Shown here piece after piece: positions 1-6,718 of a DNA stretch of 32,000 nt. The stretch comes from Trichodesmium erythraeum IMS101 (GTDB lineage: Bacteria > Cyanobacteriota > Cyanobacteriia > Cyanobacteriales > Microcoleaceae). A program made the position numbers and the translations under genes. Numbering within the stretch: the first letter of the stretch is position 1; every line of letters starts with the position of its first letter. Under the pieces are notes generated by a model. The model ran no database searches. It was given only the letters and a program-made list of their open reading frames with translations, and had not been told where the DNA came from. The stretch is taken from assembly GCF_000014265.1 (NCBI RefSeq), contig NC_008312.1, positions 2,700,001 through 2,732,000 of the forward strand, written 5' to 3'.

Positions 1-1785
1 GTAGTCTTGGTTGACTTGGGCGGTTTGGTTGGCTGTGGTGTAGTTGACTTTGACTGTGGTGGTTGTGGGGTTGTCTAGGGTGACGTTGAATTTGGCGGTT
101 TTATTTGTGTTGCCTTCGGTGAGCTTGGTGTCGGAGATGGTGATGTTGGGGATGATGGTTATGGGGGTTTTGTTGATGAGGATGGATACGTTGTCATCCC
201 AATAGTTCGCCACAGCCAGATCAGGAATGCCGTCTCCATTTAAATCTTCTGCTGCTACTGACGCAGGTCCGTCTCCCACCGGAAAATTAGTACGTCGAGC
301 AAAACTACCGTCACCTTTTCCTGATAACACTGATACGTTGTCATCGCCACCGTTCGCCACAGCCAGATCAGGAATGCCATCTCCATTAAAATCTCCTACT
401 GCTACTGAAAACGGATCGTCTCCCACCGGAAAATTAGTAGCTGAACCAAAACTACCGTCACCTTTTCCTGATAACACTGATACGTTGTCATTCCACCTGT
501 TCGCCACAGCCAGATCAGGAATGCCATCTCCATTAAAATCTCCTACTGCTACTGAGATAGGTCCGTCTCCCACCGGAAAATTAGTAGCTGAACCAAAACT
601 ACCGTCACCTTTTCCTAATAACACTAATACGTTGTCATCGACCCAGTTCGCCACAGCCAGATCAGGAATGCCATCTCCATTAAAATCTCCTACTGCTACT
701 GACAAAGGTCGGCCTCCCACCGGAAAATTAGTAGCTGAACCAAAACTACCGTCACCTTTTCCCAATAACACTGATACGTTGTCATCCCGATAGTTCGCCA
801 CAGCCAGATCAGGAATGCCATCTCCATTAAAATCTCCTGCTGCTACTGACACAGGTCGGTCTCCCACCGGAAAATTAGTAGCTGAACCAAAACTACCGTC
901 ACCTTTTCCTGATAACACTGATACGTTGTCTGACCCGTCGTTCGCCACAGCCAGATCAGGAATGCCATCTCCATTTAAATCTTCTGCTGCTACTGACGCA
1001 GGTCCGTCTCCCACCGGAAAATTAGTAGCTGAACCAAAACTACCGTCACCTTTTCCTAATAACACTGATACGTTGTCTGAAGAAAAGTTCGCCACAGCCA
1101 GATCAGGAATGCCATCTCCATTAAAATCTCCTGCTGCTACTGAATATGGTCCGTCTCCCACCTTAAAATTACGAGCCTTCTCAAAATCAACCTTTTCACT
1201 AGCCTCAACCTCAACCTCAACACCCCCGACCCAAATATCTACCCGATCATCCTGACCCCGAAGCATCATCACCTGAAACTGAGTCAACTCCTCACCCCTC
1301 ACCAAAGCAGCCAATAACTCACCCTCATCTCCAGGGGAGTCCGACTCAGACAACTGAGAGTCCAAAAAATGCCCCAACTCCTCCAACAGCACATCCACCA
1401 AAACCCCATCAGTATCAGGCAATAAAGAATCAGCCAAATAAATTGAACCAGTCAAAGGATCATAGGCACCCACCGCCGGCTCCATATCCGCCGCCGGCAA
1501 CATAATAACCTCCGGCAAATTTTCCCCAGTCAAAACATCCTTTATCTGCTCCTTTGCCAGCTCCGGGTCCACAGTTTCACCAAAAGCCGTTTTAATATAG
1601 TCATCGAACTCCGGGGCCAAGATAAAATCAGCCAATTCGTCACGAACCTCACCCCAGGCACCTTGTATCATCGGGTCTGTAACCTCAGGGTTCGAGTCAG
1701 CCCCAGGGAGATAGTGGACATTTAGGGATGTCTCATCTGGTTCCTCGGGAAATAAAGAATGGTCATCTGGAGAAAATTCGTCCAT
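1..1785 (-). CDS. FG-GAP/VCBS seven-blade beta-propeller + Calx-beta repeat protein, paralog 1 (C-terminal part runs off the left edge)
   Basis: Probably absent from the ORF track because it has no stop codon inside the window. Nt 1-~1870 align almost base-for-base with 3181-~5070 (paralog 2). Minus-strand ATG at 1785-1783 gives MDEFSPDDHSLFPEEPDE. There are seven exact 147-nt (49-aa) units, anchored by TTCGCCACAGCCAGATCAGGAATGCC at 206, 353, 500, 647, 794, 941 and 1088 (minus sense GDFNGDGIPDLAVAN). The first Calx-beta unit (..ITISDTKLTEGNTNKTAKFNVTLDNP..VKVNYTTA..) starts near nt 190 and leaves the window. Differences from paralog 2 in the N-terminal part are substitutions plus one 12-nt in-frame indel. 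The stretches I hand-translated contain no stops. Confidence 0.8.
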   Translation of the reverse strand, partial: MDEFSPDDHSLFPEEPDETSLNVHYLPGADSNPEVTDPMIQGAWGEVRDELADFILAPEFDDYIKTAFGETVDPELAKEQIKDVLTGENLPEVIMLPAADMEPAVGAYDPLTGSIYLADSLLPDTDGVLVDVLLEELGHFLDSQLSESDSPGDEGELLAALVRGEELTQFQVMMLRGQDDRVDIWVGGVEVEVEASEKVDFEKARNFKVGDGPYSVAAGDFNGDGIPDLAVANFSSDNVSVLLGKGDGSFGSATNFPVGDGPASVAAEDLNGDGIPDLAVANDGSDNVSVLSGKGDGSFGSATNFPVGDRPVSVAAGDFNGDGIPDLAVANYRDDNVSVLLGKGDGSFGSATNFPVGGRPLSVAVGDFNGDGIPDLAVANWVDDNVLVLLGKGDGSFGSATNFPVGDGPISVAVGDFNGDGIPDLAVANRWNDNVSVLSGKGDGSFGSATNFPVGDDPFSVAVGDFNGDGIPDLAVANGGDDNVSVLSGKGDGSFARRTNFPVGDGPASVAAEDLNGDGIPDLAVANYWDDNVSILINKTPITIIPNITISDTKLTEGNTNKTAKFNVTLDNPTTTTVKVNYTTANQTAQVNQDY

Positions 1786-1814
1786 GGGAAATTTAGAGTA
1801 TAGTTTGACTAAAT

Positions 1815-1841
1815 ATTATAATAGCTGACTTGAAATTTGAA
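1815..1841 (-). promoter_or_regulatory. Predicted sigma70-type promoter of paralog 1 (TTCAAA-N15-TATAAT in minus sense)
   Basis: Minus sense reads ccttTTCAAAtttcaagtcagctatTATAATattt, about 30 nt upstream of the ATG at 1785. The same arrangement is conserved upstream of paralog 2 (5014-5041). No experimental support. Confidence 0.35.
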
Positions 1842-1900
1842 AAGGTGTTAGGTGGCAGGTTTTTAGTTTTTGGTTTTTGGTTTTTGATTTTTGATTTTAG
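1833..1900. repeat. Gene-proximal core variant (aaatttgaaaaggtgttaggtggcaggtt) followed by a short heptamer tract (GTTTTTA/GTTTTTG/ATTTTTG)
   Basis: Direct reading. Same motif family as the large array at 5030-6718. Confidence 0.85.
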
Positions 1901-2019
1901 ATGTGAATAATATTATATTTATGACCAAAATAAAAATGAACTAAGTAGCTTTTTACCCTCAGAAAAAAACTGGGAAATAATAAATAAGCTCAATAGATAA
2001 TTTGGTAAGTCCGACGTTA

Positions 2020-2063
2020 GGTAGCAGGTTTTAGGTTTTAGGTTGCAAGTTTTAGGAGGCAGG
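2020..2063. repeat. Short GGTAGCAGG/TTTTAGG-type repeat patch
   Basis: ggtagcaggttttaggttttaggttgcaagttttaggaggcaggc. It is related to the 14-15-nt GGTAGCAAGTTTTAG units seen at 5881-5915, 6250-6315 and 6585-6645. Confidence 0.7.
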
Positions 2064-2166
2064 CCGCAGTTCCCAGCCTGGTTTTACACGAATGATGCTG
2101 CCGAACATAATATTAGGAAATTATGTTTATTTAGACCTCAGCTCAAACCTCAGAAAGCTGATACCT

Positions 2167-2304
2167 TCAACCGCCAACATTCTCATAATTAACCTTCACC
2201 ACTTCACTGCTACTATTATCTAACTTGACCTCAAACTTCATACTTTTCTCACCCTTGTTTCCTTCAGTAACATTGGCATCCCTGATGGATATTTGGGGAA
2301 TTAT
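2167..2304 (-). pseudogene. Truncated fourth Calx-beta unit lying in frame after the TAG stop of paralog 2
   Basis: Minus sense after TAG (2307-2305) continues in the same frame as IIPQISIRDANVTEGNKGEKSMKFEVKLDNSSSEVVKVNYENVGG, then TGA (2169-2167). It matches the first ~40 residues of the preceding Calx-beta units (PQISIRDAKVTEGNRGKKQMKFEVELNS..KTVRVNYAT). Confidence 0.65.
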
Positions 2305-4974
2305 CTAATCTTTGGGAACCCCTTCGTCGTTATCAATAATTCTGCCGATCGCGTTGTTATCCGACAACCTACCATTTCTGGCACGGCTGAGTTTGACTTG
2401 AAACTGCTCATTATTTTCATCAACCCTATCTCCCAAAATAGGAATATTCACTATCTTTTTCCTCTGCCCTGGTTGGAATGTCACCACTCCCCTTTTATTT
2501 TGAAAATCTTTTCCTGACTTCGCGCTGCCATCTACTGTAGCGTAATTTACCCTCACTGTTTTCGTGCTCAGGCTGTTGAGCTCAACTTCAAACTTCATCT
2601 GTTTCTTACCCCTGTTTCCTTCCGTCACTTTAGCGTCCCTGATAGATATTTGGGGAAGTGGGTCGTCATTATCAATAATTCTGCCGACCGCTGTTTTATC
2701 TGACAATTTTCCATTTCTGGCACGGCTGAGTTTGACTTGAAACTCCTCGTTATTTTCATCAACCCTATCTCCCAAAATGGGAATATTCACTATCTTTTCC
2801 GTCTGCCCTGGCTTGAATGTCAGGACTCCCCTTTGATTTCGAAAATCTTTTCCTGACTTGGCGCTGCCCTCTTGGGTTCCATAATTTACTCTCACTGTTT
2901 TCCCGCTGGGGTTGTTTAATTTCACTTCAAATTCCATGTTTTTCTGACCTCGGTTTCCTTCCGTAACTTTGGCATCGCCGATAGATATTTGGGGAAGTGG
3001 GTCGTTATCAACGATAGTGCCCGTAGCCTCCCCATCTTTGATATTCGCATTCTGGGGGCTCCTCAGTTTTAGCCCGAATTTTTCCTTGGGTTCGTCTCGC
3101 TTATCTCCCAAGATGGGAACTGTTATGTTTTTGTTCGTTTCTCCTGGTCGAAAGGTCAGAGTGCCTGTAGTAATTTTGTAGTCTTGGTTGACTTTTGCGG
3201 TTTGGCTGGCTGTGGTGTAGTTGACTTTGACTATGGCGTTTGTGGGGTTGTCTAGAGTGACCGTGAATTTAGCGGTTTTATCTATGTTGCCTTCGGTGAT
3301 CTTGGTGTCCGAGATAGTGATGTTGGGAATGATGGTTATAGGGTTTTTGTTGATCAGGATGGATACGTTGCCATCCAACCAGTTCGCCACAGCCATATCA
3401 AGAATGCCGTCTCCATTAAAATCTTCTGTTGCTAATGAGAAAGGTCTGTCTCCCACCGGAAAATTAGTAGCTGAACCAAAACTACCGTCACCTTTTCCTA
3501 ATGACACTGATACCTTGTCTGAAAAGAAGTTCGTCACAGCCAGATCAGGAGTGCCGTCTCCATTAAAATCTTCTACTGCTACTGAAAAAGGTCCGCCTCC
3601 CAACGGAAAATTAGTAGCTGAACCAAAACTACCGTCGCCTTTTCCCGATAACACTGATACATTGTTTGAGTCTCTGTTCGCCACAGCCAGATCAGGAATG
3701 CCATCTGCATTAAAATCTCTTGCTACTACTGAGGTAGGTGTCTCTCCCACCGGAAAATTAATAGCTGGACCAAAACTACCGTCACCTTTTCCTGATAACA
3801 CTGATACATTGTCTGAAAAGAAGTTCGCCGCAGCCAGATCAGGAATGCCATCTCCATTAAAATCTTCTACTGCTACTGATATTGGTTCGTCTCCCACCAG
3901 AAAATTAGTAGCTGAACCAAAACTACCCTCACCATTTCCTAATAACACTGATACATTGTTTGAGTCTCTGTTCGCCACAGCCAGATCAGGAATGCCATTT
4001 CTATCAAAATCTCCTACTGCTACTGATCTTGGTTCGTCTCCCACCGGAAAATTAGTACGTCGAGCAAAACTACCGTCATCTTTTCCTGATAAAACTGATA
4101 CGTTGTCTGAACCAGCATTTGCCACAGCCAGATCAGGAATACCATCTCCATTAAAATCTCCTGCTGCTAGTGACTCTGGTCTATCTCCCACAAAAAAATT
4201 AGTAGCTGAACCAAAACTACCGTCACCATTTCCTGATAACACTGATACGTCGTCATCAGCCCTGTTCGCCACAGCCAGATCAGGAATGCCATCTCTATTA
4301 AAGTCTCCTACTACTAATGACCGAGGCTCATCTCCCACCAAAAAATCATCAACCTTCTCAAAATCAACCTTTTCACTAGCCTCAACCTCAACCTCAACAC
4401 CCCCGACCCAAATATCTACCCGATCATCCTGACCCCGAAGCATCATCACCTGAAACTGAGTCAACTCCTCACCCCTCACCAAACCAGCCAATAACTCACC
4501 CTCATCTCCAGGGGAGTCCGAGTCAGACAACTGAGAGTCCAAAAAATGCCCCAACTCCTCCAACAGCACATCCACCAAAACCCCATATTCTGCCCCATCA
4601 GTATCAGGCAATAAAGAATCAGCCAAATAAATTGAATCAGTCAAAGGATCATAGGCACCCACCGCCGGCTCCATATCTGCCGCGGGCAACATAATAACCT
4701 CCGGCAAATTTTCCCCAGTCAAAACATCCTTTATTTGCTCTTTTGCCAGCTCCGGGTCCACAGTTTCACCAAAAGCCGTCTTAATATAGTCATCGAACTC
4801 AGGAGCCAAGATAAAATCAGCCAATTCGTCACGAACCTCACCCCAGGCACCTTGTATCATCGGGTCTGTAACTTCAGGGTTCGAGTCAGCCCCAGGGAGA
4901 TAGTGGACATTTAGGGATGTCTCATCTGGTTCCTGGGGAAATAAAGAGTGGTCATCTGGAGAAAATTCGTCCAT
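2305..4974 (-). CDS. FG-GAP/VCBS seven-blade beta-propeller + 3x Calx-beta repeat protein, paralog 2
   Basis: 892-aa ORF in the track. The track start at 4983 is a TTG; the first ATG (4974-4972) gives MDEFSPDD, as in paralog 1. Layout: an acidic ~215-aa N-terminal domain, then seven DF[ND]xDGxPDLAVAN blades with exact 147-nt period (anchors 3383, 3530, 3677, 3824, 3971, 4118, 4265), then three ~105-aa Calx-beta-like units (TEGN..F.V.L...V.VNY.T..GSAK.G.DF....G.[LV]TF.PG...K...IPILGD..DE..E.F.VKL). Confidence 0.9.
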   Translation of the reverse strand: MDEFSPDDHSLFPQEPDETSLNVHYLPGADSNPEVTDPMIQGAWGEVRDELADFILAPEFDDYIKTAFGETVDPELAKEQIKDVLTGENLPEVIMLPAADMEPAVGAYDPLTDSIYLADSLLPDTDGAEYGVLVDVLLEELGHFLDSQLSDSDSPGDEGELLAGLVRGEELTQFQVMMLRGQDDRVDIWVGGVEVEVEASEKVDFEKVDDFLVGDEPRSLVVGDFNRDGIPDLAVANRADDDVSVLSGNGDGSFGSATNFFVGDRPESLAAGDFNGDGIPDLAVANAGSDNVSVLSGKDDGSFARRTNFPVGDEPRSVAVGDFDRNGIPDLAVANRDSNNVSVLLGNGEGSFGSATNFLVGDEPISVAVEDFNGDGIPDLAAANFFSDNVSVLSGKGDGSFGPAINFPVGETPTSVVARDFNADGIPDLAVANRDSNNVSVLSGKGDGSFGSATNFPLGGGPFSVAVEDFNGDGTPDLAVTNFFSDKVSVSLGKGDGSFGSATNFPVGDRPFSLATEDFNGDGILDMAVANWLDGNVSILINKNPITIIPNITISDTKITEGNIDKTAKFTVTLDNPTNAIVKVNYTTASQTAKVNQDYKITTGTLTFRPGETNKNITVPILGDKRDEPKEKFGLKLRSPQNANIKDGEATGTIVDNDPLPQISIGDAKVTEGNRGQKNMEFEVKLNNPSGKTVRVNYGTQEGSAKSGKDFRNQRGVLTFKPGQTEKIVNIPILGDRVDENNEEFQVKLSRARNGKLSDKTAVGRIIDNDDPLPQISIRDAKVTEGNRGKKQMKFEVELNSLSTKTVRVNYATVDGSAKSGKDFQNKRGVVTFQPGQRKKIVNIPILGDRVDENNEQFQVKLSRARNGRLSDNNAIGRIIDNDEGVPKD

Positions 4975-5013
4975 GGAAGTCAACTGAATTTAGAATATAG
5001 TTTTGACTAACAT

Positions 5014-5041
5014 ATTATAATAACTGATCTAAAATTTGAAA
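5014..5041 (-). promoter_or_regulatory. Predicted sigma70-type promoter of paralog 2 (TTCAAA-N15-TATAAT in minus sense)
   Basis: Minus sense reads ccttTTCAAAttttagatcagttatTATAATatg, about 40 nt upstream of the ATG at 4974. It is conserved with 1815-1841. Sequence-based prediction only. Confidence 0.35.
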
Positions 5042-5991
5042 AGGTGTTAGGTGGCAGGTTGTTGGTTTTTGGTTTTTGGTTTTAGTTTTTAGTTTTTGGT
5101 TTTTGGTAGTTTGAAAAAGTATTAGGCGGCAGGTTTTTGGTTGTTGGTTTTTGGTTTTAGTTTTTAGTTTTTGGTTTTTAGTTTTTGGTAGTTTGAAAAA
5201 GTGTTAGGCGGCAGGTTTTAGGTTTTAGGTTTTAGGTTTTAGGTTTTAGTTTTTAGTTTTTGGTTTTTGGTAGTTTGAAAAAGTGTTAGGCGGCAGGTTT
5301 TTGGTTTTAGGTTTTTAGTTTTTAGTTTTTAGTTTTTGGTTTTTGGTAGTTTGAAAAAGTGTTAGGCGGCAGGTTTTTGGTTTTAGGTTTTTAGTTTTTA
5401 GTTTTTAGTTTTTGGTTTTTGGTAGTTTGAAAAAGTGTTAGGCGGCAGGTTTTTGGTTTTAGGTTTTTAGTTTTTAGTTTTTAGTTTTTAGTTTTTGGTA
5501 GTTTGAAAAAGTGTTAGGCGGCAGGTTGTTGGTTTTTGGTTTTAGTTTTTAGTTTTTAGTTTTTAGTTTTTGGTAGTTTGAAAAAGTGTTAGGCGGCAGG
5601 TTTTTGGTTTTAGGTTTTTAGTTTTTGGTTTTTAGTTTTTGGTAGTTTGAAAAAGTGTTAGGCGGCAGGTTTTTGGTTTTAGGTTTTTGGTTTTAGTTTT
5701 TAGTTTTTGGTTTTAGGTAGTTTGAAAAAGTGTTAGGCGGCAGGTTTTTGGTTTTTGGTTTTTGGTTTTAGTTTTTAGTTTTTAGTTTTTAGTTTTTAGT
5801 TTTTGGTAGTTTGAAAAAGTGTTAGGCGGCAGGTTTTTGGTTTTTAGTTTTTAGTTTTTAGTTTTTAGTTTTTAGTGTTTGGTTTTAGGTAGCAAGTTTT
5901 AGGTAGCAAATTTTAGGTTGCAGAAGTCAATATCAACTCCCATCAAAGCTACAGCTAATTTTTTAAGGTTACACAGCAGCCGGGGAGGATG

Positions 5992-6050
5992 TCACCATAA
6001 GCGAGCCTTAGCTATAGCAATATTTCCCGATAAACACACTCCAACATCAG
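5992..6050 (-). pseudogene. Orphan copy 1 of the surE 3' end (stop codon + ~19 codons) embedded in the repeat field
   Basis: tcaccataagcgagccttagctatagcaatatttcccgataaacacactccaacatcag matches 6719-6777 of the genuine surE 3' end, with few mismatches and one extra base. The match breaks off into a heptamer tract (ttagttttt). Confidence 0.85.
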
Positions 6051-6385
6051 TTAGTTTTTAGTTTTTGGTTTTTGGTTTTAGTTTTTAGTTTTTGGTTTTA
6101 GGTAGTTTGAAAAAGTGTTAGGCGGCAGGTTTTAGGTTTTAGGTTTTTAGTTTTTAGGTTTTTAGTTTTTAGTTTTAGGTAGTTTGAAAAAGTGTTAGGC
6201 GGCAGGTTTTTGGTTTTAGGTTTTTAGTTTTTAGTTTTTAGTGTTTGGTTTTAGGTAGCAAGTTTTAGGCGGCAAGTTTTTGGTAGCAAGTTTTAGGTAG
6301 CAAATTTTAGGTTGCAGAAGTCAATATCAACTCCCATCAAAGCTACAGCTAATTTTTTAAGGTTACACAGCAGCCGGGGAGGATG

Positions 6386-6461
6386 TCACCATAAGCGAGC
6401 CTTAGCTATAGCAATATTTCCCGATAGACACACATCAACATCAGTCCCTGGATCAGACTTT
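6386..6461 (-). pseudogene. Orphan copy 2 of the surE 3' end (stop codon + ~24 codons) embedded in the repeat field
   Basis: tcaccataagcgagcc...gatagacacacatcaacatcagtccctggatcagactttt matches 6719-~6794 of surE, then switches to heptamers. Confidence 0.85.
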
Positions 6462-6718
6462 TAGTTTTTAGTTTTTGGTTTTTGGTTTTAGTTTTTAGTT
6501 TTTGGTTTTAGGTAGTTTGAAAAAGTGTTAGGCGGCAGGTTTTTGGTTTTTAGTTTTTAGTTTTTAGTTTTTAGTGTTTGGTTTTAGGTAGCAAATTTTA
6601 GGCGGCAAGTTTTTGGTAGCAAGTTTTAGGTAGCAAATTTTAGGTTGCAGAAGTCAATATCAACTCCCATCAAAGCTACAGCTAATTTTTTAAGGTTACA
6701 CAGCAGCCGGGAAGGATG

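Larger units (their letters stand above)
5030..6718. repeat. Hierarchical tandem-repeat field: heptamer (STRR-like) tracts + 13 copies of a ~30-nt core + three copies of a ~180-220-nt unit
   Basis: Canonical core GGTAGTTTGAAAAAGTGTTAGGCGGCAGGTT starts at 5105, 5187, 5269, 5345, 5421, 5497, 5572, 5641, 5716, 5805, 6101, 6178 and 6511 (period 69-89 nt). A gene-proximal variant lies at ~5030. Between cores are runs of TTTTTGG/TTTTTAG/TTTTAGG heptamers (some hexamers). A larger unit (AGTGTTTGGTTTTAGGTAGCAAG...CAGAAGTCAATATCAACTCCCATCAAAGCTACAGCTAATTTTTTAAGGTTACACAGCAGCCGGGGAGGATGTCACCATAAGCG...) starts at 5874, 6240 and 6573. No ORF of 60 aa or more on either strand. Confidence 0.95.

Noticed and set aside
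227-1255. Plus-strand ORFs 227-793 and 815-1255 (and 3221-4432, 2293-2517, 2969-3181), which encode periodic P/S/T-rich peptides
   Set aside because: They lie exactly antisense to the FG-GAP/Calx-beta genes. The minus-strand translation carries clear family motifs, a conserved ATG and a promoter-like element. The antisense frames stay open only because the sense strand is built from repeated GAT/GGT/AAT-rich 147-nt units.
4480-4560. LLEELGHFLD in the FG-GAP protein N-terminal domain as a zinc-metalloprotease HExxH motif
   Set aside because: The string is EELGH, not HExxH, and no second His or Glu ligand context is evident. There is no basis for a protease call.
4975-4983. TTG starts used by the ORF track at 4983, 27378 and 31984
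   Set aside because: At 4983 the paralog comparison supports the ATG at 4974. At 27378 an ATG at 27396 directly precedes the conserved NPY..G.P N-terminus seen in all B-type paralogs. At 31984 the Amt frame stays open to the window edge with family-consistent residues, so the gene is 5'-partial.
5040-5900. Telomere-like appearance of the TTTTAGG/TTTTTGG runs and their possible G-quadruplex potential
   Set aside because: The tract is internal to a bacterial chromosome between two ordinary genes. The G runs are only two residues long, so at best a weak two-tetrad structure could form. The established cyanobacterial STRR heptamer-repeat class is a simpler explanation.
5030-6718. A CRISPR-like reading of the array (30-nt conserved repeat with ~40-60-nt intervening segments)
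   Set aside because: The spacers are not unique sequences but simple heptamer runs (TTTTTGG/TTTTTAG). The core is not palindromic, the period varies in heptamer/hexamer-sized steps, and no cas genes are in the window. A CRISPR finder hit here would be a false positive.
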